Of a stretch of DNA of 64,000 bases, positions 1 to 10,372 are shown piece by piece. This DNA comes from an uncultured Fibrobacteria bacterium (GTDB lineage Bacteria > Fibrobacterota > Fibrobacteria > UBA11236), in assembly GCA_963716395.1 (NCBI GenBank), contig OY970309.1, forward strand, positions 2,592,001 through 2,656,000, given 5' to 3'. A program made the translations under genes and the position numbers. Within the stretch, counting starts at the first letter, position 1. Each line of letters opens with the position of its first letter. The notes below the pieces were generated by a model. That model was given only the letters and a program-made list of their open reading frames with translations. It had not been told where the DNA came from and searched no databases.

Positions 1-1042
1 CGGGGATTTCTGCACCGTTCAGGGCGGGCTGGATTTTATTCCGGCGGGGAATACCGCCCCGGTGATTTTGGATATCAAGGCCGGCGTCTATATCGAAAGC
101 ATCCGCTCGTTTGGAAAGAACCACATCACCCTGCGGGGGCGCAACCGCGACAGTTGCTTCATCACTTATGAGAACAACAACAATTTCAATCCGGGAACCC
201 AGGAGCGCGAGCTGGGGGTGCTTTTCGGAAACGATTTGGCGCTGGTGAACCTGACCTTCCTGAATCGGACTCCCCAGGGCGGGTCGCAGGCGGAGTCGCT
301 TTTCCTGCGGGGAGATCGCTGCCTGGTTTCCAATTGCACCTTCATCAGCTTTCAAGACACCCTGCACTTGGAAGGCCGCGTCTATTTGTCGCAGTGCACC
401 AACCAAGGGGCCGTCGATTACACCTGGGGCACCGGGATCGCCTATTTCTCCCACTGCGCCATAATCTCCGATGCCGCCGGTTATCTCGTGCAGGCCAGGA
501 ATGCGGCGGGAGCCTACGGATACGTATTCGCGAATTGCCAGTTGACGGCCACCGCGGGAGTGACGGGAGTTTATCTCGCCCGCAATTCGGGCGGGGGCAG
601 CGCCTACGCCCAGGTCGCCTACCTGAATTGCGCTTTGGGCAACCAAATTTTGCCGGTGGGCTGGTCCATCGACGCCACGGGAACCAACACCCTCAACTTC
701 GGCGAATACCAAAGCGTCAACGCCCAGGGTCAAGCCGTGGACATCAGTCAACGCGCTTCCCTTTCCCATCAGCTCACCGATGCCCAGGCGCAGACCCTGC
801 TCGATCCCAAAAATGTCCTGGGCGGGACGGACGGGTGGGATCCCGTCGCGGCTTTGGCGGCGCTTCCGGTTCCCGTACAGCAGATATTGCCGGAAAAATC
901 AGGACAAATATCGCATTTAAATCTCGAAGCCGGGTCCCGGCCGGCGGTTTTTGCCAAGGGGCTCTATTGGGATTTAAACGGAAGGGCGTTGAATCAAAGC
1001 GCCATCCGCCGGAATTCTTCCCTGCCGCCCGGAATATTTTAA
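1..1042 (+). CDS. Pectinesterase (CE8-like) domain protein with T9SS-like C-terminal tail; 5' end lies outside the window
   Basis: Frame open from the window edge (GDFCTVQGGLDFIP...). CE8 motifs GVYIE, QAESL, QDTL, GAVDYTWG, YLAR. Tail WDLNGR...LPPGIF. Confidence 0.8.
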   Translation, partial: GDFCTVQGGLDFIPAGNTAPVILDIKAGVYIESIRSFGKNHITLRGRNRDSCFITYENNNNFNPGTQERELGVLFGNDLALVNLTFLNRTPQGGSQAESLFLRGDRCLVSNCTFISFQDTLHLEGRVYLSQCTNQGAVDYTWGTGIAYFSHCAIISDAAGYLVQARNAAGAYGYVFANCQLTATAGVTGVYLARNSGGGSAYAQVAYLNCALGNQILPVGWSIDATGTNTLNFGEYQSVNAQGQAVDISQRASLSHQLTDAQAQTLLDPKNVLGGTDGWDPVAALAALPVPVQQILPEKSGQISHLNLEAGSRPAVFAKGLYWDLNGRALNQSAIRRNSSLPPGIF

Positions 1043-1143
1043 GCTGGAATCCCTGCGACTCCAGGTGTGGGTGACGACGTTGTCAGCTGTCGGCCTCCGC
1101 AGGCGAAGGCTGGGCTTAGGCGAGTTTGAACCGGTTCCATAAA

Positions 1144-1169
1144 AAAAGCCCTCCGCGCGGAGGGCTTTT
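1144..1169. terminator. Bidirectional intrinsic terminator
   Basis: AAAAGCCCTCCG-CG-CGGAGGGCTTTT hairpin flanked by A and T runs, between the convergent pectinesterase and glnA genes. Confidence 0.85.
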
Positions 1170-1190
1170 GTTTTCGCTACGTCGCTGAAA

Positions 1191-2594
1191 TCAGATATCG
1201 TAATACAACTCGAATTCCATGGGATGGGGCCGCAAATTGACTTTGTCGATCTCATTCACGCGCTTGTAATCGATCCAGGTGCTGATGACGTCTTCGGTGA
1301 ACACGTCTCCCTTGAGCATGAAAGCATGATCCTTTTCCAGCGCATCCAGCGAAGCGCCCAGCGATCCGGGCGCCGTGGGCACGGCCAGGTTTTCCTGGGC
1401 GTCCAATTCGTAGATGTTCTTTTCCAGCGGCTTGCCCGGGTCGATCTTGTTCTGGATGCCGTCGAGACCGGCCATGAGCATGGCCGCGAAGGCCAGATAG
1501 GGGTTGCAGGACGGATCCGGGGTGCGGAATTCGAGGCGCTTGGCTTTCGGCGAAGACGAATACATGGGGATGCGGACGGCCGCCGAGCGGTTGCGCGAGG
1601 AGTACGCGAATTTGTTGGGGGCTTCATAACCCGGAACCAGCCGCTTATAGCTGTTCATGGTCGGGTTGGTGAGCCCGCATAACGCCGGAGCATGCTTCAA
1701 AATGCCGCCGATGTAATACATGGCGAGTTGGGACATGCCGGCATAGCCGTCGCCCGCGAACAAAGGCTGCTCGCCCTTCCACAGCGATTGGTGGGTGTGC
1801 ATGCCGCTGCCGTTGTCGCCGAACAGGGGTTTGGGCATGAAGGTGGCGGTCATGTTGTGCTTCTTGGCCACGTTCTTCACTACATACTTGTACCACATCA
1901 GGCTGTCCGCCATTTTGGTCAAGGTCGTGAAACGCATGTCGATTTCGTTTTGGCCGGCCGTGGCGACTTCGTGATGCAGGGTTTCGATGCGAATGCCCAG
2001 CTTTTCCATGTCGAGCACCATTTCCACGCGCAAATCCTGCTGGGTGTCGGTGGGCGGAACCGGGAAATAGCCTTCTTTGTTGCGCACGCGGTAGCCCAGG
2101 CCCGCTTTGTCGGAATTCCAAATGCCTTCTTCGGAGTCGATTTCCACCATGCTCACGTTTTGGCTGTTTTTGTAGCGGATGCTGTTGAACACGAAGAACT
2201 CGGCTTCGGGTCCGAAATACGAGGTGTCGGCAATACCCGTGGTCTTGAGATAGGCTTCGGCTTTGTGCGCGATGTAGCGCGGGTCGCGGCTGTACGGCTT
2301 GCGGGTGATGGGATCGACGACATCACAAATAAGCACCAAGGTGGGATGCCCGTAATAAGGATCGATTTGGGCGGTGGTGGGGTCCGGGATGAGGAGCATG
2401 TCGGAATCATTGATAGCCTGCCAGCCGCGGATGGAGGATCCGTCGAAGCCCCAGCCGTCCGTGAAAGTTCCTTCATCCATTTCCGAAACCGGGTGGGACA
2501 CGTGCTGCCAGATGCCGGGGAAGTCGATGAAGCGACAGTCGACCATTTCGATATTGTTCTTCTTGACGAATTCCATGATTTCTTTGGGGGTCAT
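1191..2594 (-). CDS. glnA: Glutamine synthetase type I
   Basis: [57 protein letters not shown], adenylylation-type loop KNIYEL. Confidence 0.97.
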   Translation of the reverse strand: MTPKEIMEFVKKNNIEMVDCRFIDFPGIWQHVSHPVSEMDEGTFTDGWGFDGSSIRGWQAINDSDMLLIPDPTTAQIDPYYGHPTLVLICDVVDPITRKPYSRDPRYIAHKAEAYLKTTGIADTSYFGPEAEFFVFNSIRYKNSQNVSMVEIDSEEGIWNSDKAGLGYRVRNKEGYFPVPPTDTQQDLRVEMVLDMEKLGIRIETLHHEVATAGQNEIDMRFTTLTKMADSLMWYKYVVKNVAKKHNMTATFMPKPLFGDNGSGMHTHQSLWKGEQPLFAGDGYAGMSQLAMYYIGGILKHAPALCGLTNPTMNSYKRLVPGYEAPNKFAYSSRNRSAAVRIPMYSSSPKAKRLEFRTPDPSCNPYLAFAAMLMAGLDGIQNKIDPGKPLEKNIYELDAQENLAVPTAPGSLGASLDALEKDHAFMLKGDVFTEDVISTWIDYKRVNEIDKVNLRPHPMEFELYYDI

Positions 2595-2792
2595 ACGACG
2601 ACTTCTCCTGGGATATGGTTAATGGGTGTCTGCCGACAAAGTGAGAATCAGAAGCCTAGAAAATATCGTACCAGGATTGAACCAGACTTAATGTCAAACA
2701 GAGCCTGTTTTGGCCGCATATATTAAAATTGTAAATCGAATTGTATCTATGTGAATGTTTTTGTTGGCAATTTGCATTTGATTGTAAGTCGC

Positions 2793-3359
2793 TCACTTAA
2801 AATCCTGGAAAAGTTGGCTGGCACGTGGTTCTTTTTGCAAAGTGTATTTGCCTTTATAAAACGACAGGGTTCCTTCGGGAGTCATGAAATAGACCTGGCC
2901 GATGCGCACGTTCGGGTAAACGCGAATGGGATGCACGACCTCGATTTCCAAAGTCCAGGTCGGATACTGGCATTGCAGTTTGCCTGTAGCATCCGGAAGA
3001 TAGCCCCACCCCACATCTCCGAAGCCGGCGGTGATATGGGTGTTGATGCCGAGACGGCCGATGCTGGATCGCCCCTCGAACATGGGGACGAACCGGCAGC
3101 TCGTCGCCGTTTCATTCGAACATCCGAGGTAGAGGATTCCCGGTTCCAACACCAGGCCGGTTTCCGGGATTTCCAGGGCGTCGACGGGGTTATCCGCCTT
3201 CATGTCCAGCACCGCGCCGCCGGGCAGCCGATACACCAGCAATCGGCTGTTCAAAGTCACGTCATAGGAATTGGGGCCGAGATGTTCCGGGTGAAAAGGG
3301 GAAATATGGATGTTCCCCAATTCCATCTGCCGCAGGATTTCCGGTCCGGTCAATACCAT
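2793..3359 (-). CDS. dcd: dCTP deaminase
   Basis: Start MVLTGPEI; motifs PNSYDVTL, EGRSSIGRLG, TAGFGDVG, WTLEI, IGQVYF, YKGKY. Confidence 0.88.
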   Translation of the reverse strand: MVLTGPEILRQMELGNIHISPFHPEHLGPNSYDVTLNSRLLVYRLPGGAVLDMKADNPVDALEIPETGLVLEPGILYLGCSNETATSCRFVPMFEGRSSIGRLGINTHITAGFGDVGWGYLPDATGKLQCQYPTWTLEIEVVHPIRVYPNVRIGQVYFMTPEGTLSFYKGKYTLQKEPRASQLFQDFK

Positions 3360-3431
3360 GGATGCGTTCGGCGGTCGCGCCAGGCGCGGCCGATCATTCC
3401 AACTTAGAAATCGTCTTTGTAAGTTGGACGC

Positions 3432-4664
3432 GTGAATGGCCCGAAAGCCCTGTGGGCGCTGTGGGGGATGCTGTTTTCTTCGGCCTCGGCGCTCGGCACT
3501 TTTGAGTTGCAGGGATTTGTCACCGATGCCGGCGGCGCCAAAACCACGGCCACCTTGGTCTTGACCTATCCCGACTCGTTGGCCGGCAGCGAGGTGCGGG
3601 CTTTGCTGGCCGCCAACCGGCCCGGCACCGAATGGACACTGCTGCCCCGCGGGGAATTGACCGAGACGGAACGTGAATTCCTTGAAGGCCTGCGCGACTT
3701 TGCCGGCGGTGGCCCGGATCAAGCCTCGGACGCGTGGGGCAAATTGCGCGGCCTCCGTTTGCATCCGCTGCTGCAAAGCTGCCTGAATGTCGACGAAGGT
3801 TTGCTGTTGTGTCTGCGGGGTGAAACCGCGGCGGCCGAATCGGTATGGACGCGTGAATGGCGCCGCCGGGCGCCGGCGGCCGAAGGCGCCTGGCGCAATT
3901 TGCTGGGGATTTACACGGCCGAAGGCCGGTACGACGAGGCGAACCGGCTTTTAAACGCGGTGCTGAAGGAACAGCCGCGGAACCACTTGGCCATCCTTTC
4001 CCAGGCCGCGCTGATCAAGCAGACGCAAACGGATTCGGATTGGGAGGATTTTTTGCGCGCGCATACGGCGCCGCGCGATTCCTTGCCCGATTTGCAGTTG
4101 GAATACGGCGAAATGCTGGTGGACCAGAAGCATTGGGCCCAGGCCGTGCCGGTTTTGGATCACGGCCTGTCGGCGCAGCCGCATGCCGGCCAGGCGTGGC
4201 TGGATTTGGCCGACGCCCAATACCATTTGGAGTATTACGTGTTCGCGCTCACCTGTTTGCAAAACGCCTGGCGGGCCGGCTACCAGGAATCGGAGTTTTA
4301 CGAATTGTATGCCCGCGTATTGCGCGCCTGCTGCATGGCCGGCGACGACGCCAACAGCGCCGAGGCGCGGCGCACGGCCGAACATCTGCTCGAAGAGGGG
4401 TTGCCCAAGGATTTGAACCGGCGTTCCATGGCCCAATTGCTCTATCATGTGTATTGCCAGAACGGGAAACCCGAGGCGGCCATGGAATTGCGGAAAAACC
4501 TCTGGTTCCACTTTGAAGGCCCGTCGCAAATCCCACCGCCCATCGGGTATGACGAGTGGCCGCAAGCCGGGCTCGATCATCTCCGCCTGCACATCCAGTT
4601 CGGGCTTTACGCCTTCAATTGGGTTATGGCTTTGCGGCGCACCGATTTTTATCAGGCGTTTTAA
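3432..4664 (+). CDS. Secreted tetratricopeptide-repeat protein
   Basis: Signal-like N-terminus; TPR-like helices (AWRNLLGIY...GRYDEA; AWLDLADAQYHL). Confidence 0.7.
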   Translation: MNGPKALWALWGMLFSSASALGTFELQGFVTDAGGAKTTATLVLTYPDSLAGSEVRALLAANRPGTEWTLLPRGELTETEREFLEGLRDFAGGGPDQASDAWGKLRGLRLHPLLQSCLNVDEGLLLCLRGETAAAESVWTREWRRRAPAAEGAWRNLLGIYTAEGRYDEANRLLNAVLKEQPRNHLAILSQAALIKQTQTDSDWEDFLRAHTAPRDSLPDLQLEYGEMLVDQKHWAQAVPVLDHGLSAQPHAGQAWLDLADAQYHLEYYVFALTCLQNAWRAGYQESEFYELYARVLRACCMAGDDANSAEARRTAEHLLEEGLPKDLNRRSMAQLLYHVYCQNGKPEAAMELRKNLWFHFEGPSQIPPPIGYDEWPQAGLDHLRLHIQFGLYAFNWVMALRRTDFYQAF

Positions 4665-4755
4665 TAACTTTCCCGGCGTTCTGCGATTTTTTCGGAGGAT
4701 GCGCATGCGGGCTTCGCCCCAAAACCGCAGCGGCGGGTGGCCGGGAAAAAAGGTT

Positions 4756-6012
4756 ATGTCGACCGCGGCCCTGCTGTTGTTGTTGGCCTGCGGTGCGGCC
4801 TCGGCGCGCAAATTGGTGAACACGTGCCCGAGCGTCGACGTCGCCACTTCCCAGAATGATCTCACGGTGGTGGCTCCGATTCTGGAATATACGGTCACCA
4901 CCTTCGACCCCGGTTGGTTCGCCTCCAACCAATCGGCCGGCGCCCCCGTGCTGTTCACCTTGGTCATCGACCCATCGCTCAAGCAATACGCGGGTTCACT
5001 GCGCCTGCGCGTGCAGATCACGGCCGATACCACCTTGGGGCGCAATCCTTCCGCACCCCAGGTCATGGCCTTCGATCGCATCAGCGACACCTTGAGCGCC
5101 GATCAAATCGGGGTGCCCTTGACCTCGGGCCAGGTTTTCGATTTGCGGTATCAAACCGGAGGGCTGGATTTCAACCAGAGCGATCTGTATGGGCTCGTAA
5201 CGCAAAACCACCAGGCCCCGGAAATGAATCTGCATTTCCGCTTTCGCCTCACCTGCGAAGACGCGGGCGATCCCTTGGGCAATTCCGGCGACATCAACAT
5301 CGCCGTGGTCGACCCGGCCAACTGGTCGGCGAATTACGGCAAGCTGCGCTACGTCAACACCGTGCAGGCGCTGTCGCCCGGCACCGACGCTTCGAATCCC
5401 AAACCGGTTTCGATTTACACCTTGAACCCGGTTTTTCAAATCGCCTCCGAGCTGTTCAACAACCAGGAATTCATCTATCCGCCGGGCGAACCGAAAATGC
5501 GGATCTACCTCTACACGGTTCCGGCGGGCACCAATCCCGTCGACGCGTTGCAAGGCATGGAGTTCGCGCAGTTCCCCGTTCCCAACCAATATCCCATCAC
5601 CTATCCCGCGGGTCTGCCGCAACTGACACCGGGTCAGACCTACGTGTGGCGCGCGCGCGCCACCTTGCGCGGCCCCGCGGACGAGTACCTCTATTCCAAC
5701 GCCTTGTACTTCCGGGTGGATCCGCTGCTCGACAACAGCGGGGCGCCGCCTTCGCCCGACGCGCTCTCCGACCTCACCAATTTCGCCCAACAGGTGCAAT
5801 ACGGCGACGATTACGTGAAGCGCGTCATGGCCGCGTTGAAAATCATTCTGGGCGACAACTACGACATCTTCGACGTGTCGCGCGCCAACAAGATTCCGGC
5901 CAAGGGCCAGATTCGCCTCAACGGGCAGCCCTATTCGCTGGAAGAGCTCGAAGCCCTGGCGCGCGAATTCCAGCAGAGTAGCCACAGCGTCACCCGGATT
6001 CGGTTCCAGTGA
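4756..6012 (+). CDS. Secreted hypothetical protein, beta-rich with an Ig/Fn3-like segment
   Basis: Signal MSTAALLLLLACGAASA; YPAGLPQLTPGQTYVWRARA segment; GTGA overlap with the next gene. Confidence 0.65.
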   Translation: MSTAALLLLLACGAASARKLVNTCPSVDVATSQNDLTVVAPILEYTVTTFDPGWFASNQSAGAPVLFTLVIDPSLKQYAGSLRLRVQITADTTLGRNPSAPQVMAFDRISDTLSADQIGVPLTSGQVFDLRYQTGGLDFNQSDLYGLVTQNHQAPEMNLHFRFRLTCEDAGDPLGNSGDINIAVVDPANWSANYGKLRYVNTVQALSPGTDASNPKPVSIYTLNPVFQIASELFNNQEFIYPPGEPKMRIYLYTVPAGTNPVDALQGMEFAQFPVPNQYPITYPAGLPQLTPGQTYVWRARATLRGPADEYLYSNALYFRVDPLLDNSGAPPSPDALSDLTNFAQQVQYGDDYVKRVMAALKIILGDNYDIFDVSRANKIPAKGQIRLNGQPYSLEELEALAREFQQSSHSVTRIRFQ

Positions 6013-6677
6013 AGTTCTGGGTGCTGGGCCTGTGCGTCGCGGCCGTCTGGGCCAAACCGCCGCGTGATCCGTCGCTGGCCCTGGTGCGCCAGGTCACCGG
6101 TAACGCTACCGTGGCCGATCGTGACACCAGTGTTACAACCCAGCTCAAGTTCGGCGATCTGGTGCCGAGCGGACGCACCTTGGCCACCGGAAGCAACGGC
6201 GTGCTCATCCTGCGCTTTCACCCCGACTTCATGCGCATCGAGGCGCGCGCGAACTCGCGCTATGTGCTGGGTTATGCGCGCCTCGACACCACCAAGGCGC
6301 GCCAAATCCGGTTGGATGCGGGCGAACTGGTGCTGGGCGTGCCCAAGCACAGCCCGCCGCTCGACCTCGAAGACGCGCATTCGCGCGTGCATGCCGAAGA
6401 GGCGCGCTTTTCCTTTGCCACCGATGCGCAAAGCGCCTCGACCCTCATCGTGCTCGACGGCAGCATCGAAGTGCACAATCGCGCCAAAGACGTGAGCGGC
6501 ACGGTGCGCCGCGGCCAGAAATGCGTGTCCGACGACGACGGCCTGCATATCACCGACGCCACCGATTCGGAGCTCAGCCAGGTGGGCCTGCGGCAGAACA
6601 CGCTTGAGGTGGATTTCTGGAATCCTCAAACCGGGGAGTTCAGCACGCTCGAGGTGGAGTATGAAAGCAATTTCTAG
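6009..6677 (+). CDS. FecR-domain protein, secreted/periplasmic
   Basis: Signal peptide; FecR-type pattern LATGSNGVLIL...IRLDAGELVL...LIVLDGSIEV...VRRGQ. Confidence 0.75.
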   Translation: MKFWVLGLCVAAVWAKPPRDPSLALVRQVTGNATVADRDTSVTTQLKFGDLVPSGRTLATGSNGVLILRFHPDFMRIEARANSRYVLGYARLDTTKARQIRLDAGELVLGVPKHSPPLDLEDAHSRVHAEEARFSFATDAQSASTLIVLDGSIEVHNRAKDVSGTVRRGQKCVSDDDGLHITDATDSELSQVGLRQNTLEVDFWNPQTGEFSTLEVEYESNF

Positions 6678-9054
6678 CCTCGCGCTGCTGCTGGCTTCGG
6701 GATTCCCGGCCGCGGGTGTTTACGCCCAAAGCACCCCGGCGGCCGGCGGTCATACGCAGCCCGTTGCCGGCTGGAGCGATGACTCCACCCGAGTGGCTGC
6801 GCCGCCGGTGGCCGTTCCCGCTCCACCGCGCGACGCGACCCGGCGGGCCGCGACGCCGGTGGATTCCGGTGCGCCTAAGCACACGGCCGCGGGCTCGACG
6901 GCACCCGACTCGAAGGCCGCCAAAGATACCGCTTCGGCCCGGGCCGCTCCCGCCGCTCCGGATTCGACCGCCTTGGCCGAAAGCGCGGCGCCCGATACCA
7001 CGCCGGGGCTTTCTTTTCTCATTCCCGCCGACGGCGATGTCATCTACGCTGCCGACGTGAAAATCGTGGCCTATGTGCGCGGCCCCACGCCGGCGGGCAT
7101 GCTGGCCGTGCTCGACGGATTTTCGCTGGCCATTCCGCTGCATCTCGAATCCGGCATCCTGACGGTGGACTTGCCCGGCCTGCATTCGGGCGTGCATGAA
7201 GTCAAGGTGGTATTTCTCGACGCCCACCGGCAAATCTCCTTGAGCCGCACGGTGCGCTTCTTCGTGCGTGTACCCGAGCCGCACCGCAAACCGGTGGAAG
7301 GAACCTTTCGCCAATTCGGCCGCGTGGTGGCCCAGGCCGATTGGAAAGGCGCCGACGCCGAAGGGCAAGTGGTGAAGCAATCGCAACTGAACCGGGTCAG
7401 CGACAGCACCTACCGCCTCTCGCACGGCGAGACGCCCCTATCGCAAAACGTCGACGGCGCCGCCGAAGTCTCGTATTCGATCAAAGATGAACATTGGGAA
7501 GGTTATCTCAAGGGGCTGATCTCCACCGACGAAGATCAATACCGCCAGCCCGACGATCGTTTGTCGGGCCGCATCACCTACGGCCCCTGGGCCACGGTGC
7601 GCGGCGGCGATTTGTATCCGGTGTACAACGATTTGATCCTCAACGGCACCCGCGTGCGCGGCGGCGAAGTGGATTTGGCGGCGGTGACCGACGACGGCAC
7701 CAAGCATTGGGTTTACGCCAAAATGGTGACCGGGGAGACCAAACGCGCGGTACCGGCCTTTGTGGCCGAATACGATACGGGCAACGGCAACACCGTGCAA
7801 GACACCATTCCCGCCACGGCCGAACAGCGGCTGACCGCCATACGCGTCGGCGCGGGCGGGGGTCAGACGTTCGACGTGGGCCTCACGGTCATGAAAGCTT
7901 CGGATCGCGACGGCGACAGCGCCTCGCAATTGCTCAACAACCAGCTCAACGGCGTGCAACCTGTCGACAACCTGGTTTCCGGACTCGACATGCGCGTGGG
8001 GATCTGGCAGGGGCGCATCCAGATTTACGGCGGCCTGGCCACCAGTTTGTACACCTTGGATCGCGCCATCGGACCCGATTCCAACCTGTCGAGGCTGCAG
8101 AGCCTTGTCGTGGCCAACGGCACCACACGCGGCTGGGAATACGTCTTCAACGACACGGCGCGCGACGTCATGGGGTTTTTGAAAGTCAATACCACCTATG
8201 ACGCCGGCGTGACGGCCTCGATTCCCTTCGACGGCTTCGTGTCCGAGACCCAATTGCGCTATTCGTATCTCGGGCTCGATTACCACAGCGAGGGTAACCC
8301 CTTTCTCGCCGCCAATCCGGGCGGCGGCTGGGATTTGCTGCAGCATCTGGTGGTGCTGCAGAACCGGCTTTTCTTCGGCGTCGAAGTGCAGGATTACGTG
8401 GAAAACCTCGGGCTGTACGATCAGGATGAGCGCGCCTTCAAAGGCGAAATCCGCTTTCTGCCCGGCGCCTATCAGCCCGCACTGTGGGTGAACGGCGGCC
8501 TCACCGTGCGCGCTCCGGAGGGCGATTATCCCTACCAGTTCAACCAGCAATTCTCCCAGTTCAACGTGGGCGGTTTCCACCAGCTCGCGCTGGGCCCCGG
8601 TACCTTGCACGGTACCGTGTTGTACGGCTACACCCGCAGCGTGTTGCGCATGAGTTCGAATCTGCCCGATACCGCCGCGGTGGACAGCTTGTTGTCTTTT
8701 CCCGTGTCGCAAACCAACATCGTAAACGGCGCCTTTCAATACAAGTTCCGCGGATCGGATTTCACGCCCAAATGCTCGTACACTTTCGCCGACAACGGCG
8801 CGCAGCCGGCCACCAACAATTCCGCGGTCGGGGTCGAAGACGCCTTTCTGCGCGAACGCCTGCGCGCCGATGTGGAAATGCTGGTGGGGCAATATCCCAA
8901 CCTCGAAAACCAGAATGATTTAAGCCTGGGTGAAAGCGTCGACGCCACGGTGCGCTTCACCCAGAACCAGACCTTGCGCCTGAACCAGAAATGGATTCAA
9001 TACGGCGATCGCAATTTGCTCACGGCCGGTGCCTATTACGAAATGTTTTTCTGA
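6661..9054 (+). CDS. Putative outer-membrane beta-barrel protein with an Ala/Pro-rich linker and Ig-like N-domain
   Basis: Signal MKAISSLALLLA; alternating beta-strand pattern; ends in aromatic residues (YYEMFF), like a BAM signal. Confidence 0.7.
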   Translation: MKAISSLALLLASGFPAAGVYAQSTPAAGGHTQPVAGWSDDSTRVAAPPVAVPAPPRDATRRAATPVDSGAPKHTAAGSTAPDSKAAKDTASARAAPAAPDSTALAESAAPDTTPGLSFLIPADGDVIYAADVKIVAYVRGPTPAGMLAVLDGFSLAIPLHLESGILTVDLPGLHSGVHEVKVVFLDAHRQISLSRTVRFFVRVPEPHRKPVEGTFRQFGRVVAQADWKGADAEGQVVKQSQLNRVSDSTYRLSHGETPLSQNVDGAAEVSYSIKDEHWEGYLKGLISTDEDQYRQPDDRLSGRITYGPWATVRGGDLYPVYNDLILNGTRVRGGEVDLAAVTDDGTKHWVYAKMVTGETKRAVPAFVAEYDTGNGNTVQDTIPATAEQRLTAIRVGAGGGQTFDVGLTVMKASDRDGDSASQLLNNQLNGVQPVDNLVSGLDMRVGIWQGRIQIYGGLATSLYTLDRAIGPDSNLSRLQSLVVANGTTRGWEYVFNDTARDVMGFLKVNTTYDAGVTASIPFDGFVSETQLRYSYLGLDYHSEGNPFLAANPGGGWDLLQHLVVLQNRLFFGVEVQDYVENLGLYDQDERAFKGEIRFLPGAYQPALWVNGGLTVRAPEGDYPYQFNQQFSQFNVGGFHQLALGPGTLHGTVLYGYTRSVLRMSSNLPDTAAVDSLLSFPVSQTNIVNGAFQYKFRGSDFTPKCSYTFADNGAQPATNNSAVGVEDAFLRERLRADVEMLVGQYPNLENQNDLSLGESVDATVRFTQNQTLRLNQKWIQYGDRNLLTAGAYYEMFF

Positions 9055-9209
9055 TTTTTCCCGGTCCGATGTTCGCCGCGTTGGGCGCGAAAAAATTTTC
9101 TTTCCTGCGCTTGAGCGTTAAAAATTAGCGCTCCGGAAGACCTTTCAATGCGCGCGTTCCGTGAACATTTTCCCGGATACCCTACTGCTTGTCGCCGGGG
9201 GCGTGCTTT

Positions 9210-10370
9210 CTACCCGATCGGCTGCAAGCCGCCGCGCCGCAGCGGATCAAAAGGCTGCAAATCCGCCGGCGGCTTTTCCTCGCGCAAGAGCGCGACCATG
9301 CAGCGTGCCGCCAAGGGCGCCGTGCTGATGCCGCTCTTATAATGGCCTGTGCACAGCGCCACGGTGCGCGCGGCATCCACCCATCCCATCAAGGGCAGAC
9401 GGTCGCGCGTGCGCGGGCGCAGCCCGCTCCAGGTTTCGACCCAGGTCGGCTCCACCCGCGGGAAATAGCGTTGTAATTGCGCGCGCAAATACGCGTCGCC
9501 GGCGGCGTCGAAACCTTCGTGGTCGACGCCGGCTTCGGTGGTGGCGCCCGCGATGAGATGTCCGTCGCGCGGCACCAGGTACAGGCTTTCCAGGCAATGC
9601 ACCATGCCGTCATGGCCGTGGAAGTTCGGCAGCAGGGCCAATTGTCCTTTGACCGGAACCAAGGGCGCGCTCCAACCCAAGGGGCGCAGCGCTTCGTTGC
9701 TCCATACCCCGGCCGCCACGAGCAGGCGCCGGGCCCGCAATTCCCAGTCAGGGCCGCGCACGACGGCCAGCCGCCCGGCGGAAAGCGACTTCGGACGCAG
9801 GGTGAAGATTTCGGCGTTCCGGCGGCCCAAGGCGGCGGCCAAGGCGGCGAGCAACACCCGGTTCTGCACCCAGGCCTCGTCGGGAAAATGGAACACCCGC
9901 GCCGCCGTCACGGCCGCATGGCCTTGCAGGAAGGCAGGTAACTCGTCGGATACGGTGAAGGCCGCGGCCTTTTCGCGTTGCAATTGCCGTTCGCGCGCCT
10001 CCCGCAAACGCCGGGCTTCAACAGCATTCACGGGGAAGATTTGATGATCGCCGCCGCGGCGAAAGGGCACCGGCATTCCCGACTCGGCTTCGACCCGCGC
10101 CAGCCAAGGCGGATAGGCGGCCAGCGCGCGCAGATAGAATTCGCGGAAGGGCGAGCCGCCCACGACTCCGGCGCGTGCCGCGAGAATGCCGGCCGCGGCC
10201 CACGACGCCTTGCGGCCCACGGGATTGGGATCGAGTACGGCCACGCGTTCGCCCCGCACGGCGGCTTCGAAGGCGCAGGACAATCCCATCACGCCTCCGC
10301 CCAGCACCGCGAGGTCGTAGGTTTGCTCCGGGGTCGGTAGCGCGGACCGGGGCGGAGGGGCGGGTTCCAC
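9210..10370 (-). CDS. thiO: FAD-dependent glycine/D-amino-acid oxidase (ThiO/DAO family)
   Basis: VLGGGVMG FAD motif, ASWAAAGIL, PVKGQ, WSGLRP, TGHYKSGI. Start inferred at the GTG after the upstream stop. Confidence 0.75.
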   Translation of the reverse strand: MEPAPPPRSALPTPEQTYDLAVLGGGVMGLSCAFEAAVRGERVAVLDPNPVGRKASWAAAGILAARAGVVGGSPFREFYLRALAAYPPWLARVEAESGMPVPFRRGGDHQIFPVNAVEARRLREARERQLQREKAAAFTVSDELPAFLQGHAAVTAARVFHFPDEAWVQNRVLLAALAAALGRRNAEIFTLRPKSLSAGRLAVVRGPDWELRARRLLVAAGVWSNEALRPLGWSAPLVPVKGQLALLPNFHGHDGMVHCLESLYLVPRDGHLIAGATTEAGVDHEGFDAAGDAYLRAQLQRYFPRVEPTWVETWSGLRPRTRDRLPLMGWVDAARTVALCTGHYKSGISTAPLAARCMVALLREEKPPADLQPFDPLRRGGLQPIG

Positions 10371-10372
10371 GG

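Noticed and set aside
1692-2726. Long antisense and alternative-frame ORFs throughout (e.g. 1692-2726, 11887-13554, 13622-15280, 59789-61990)
   Set aside because: They shadow well-supported genes on the opposite strand, as expected in GC-rich DNA, and show no motifs of their own.
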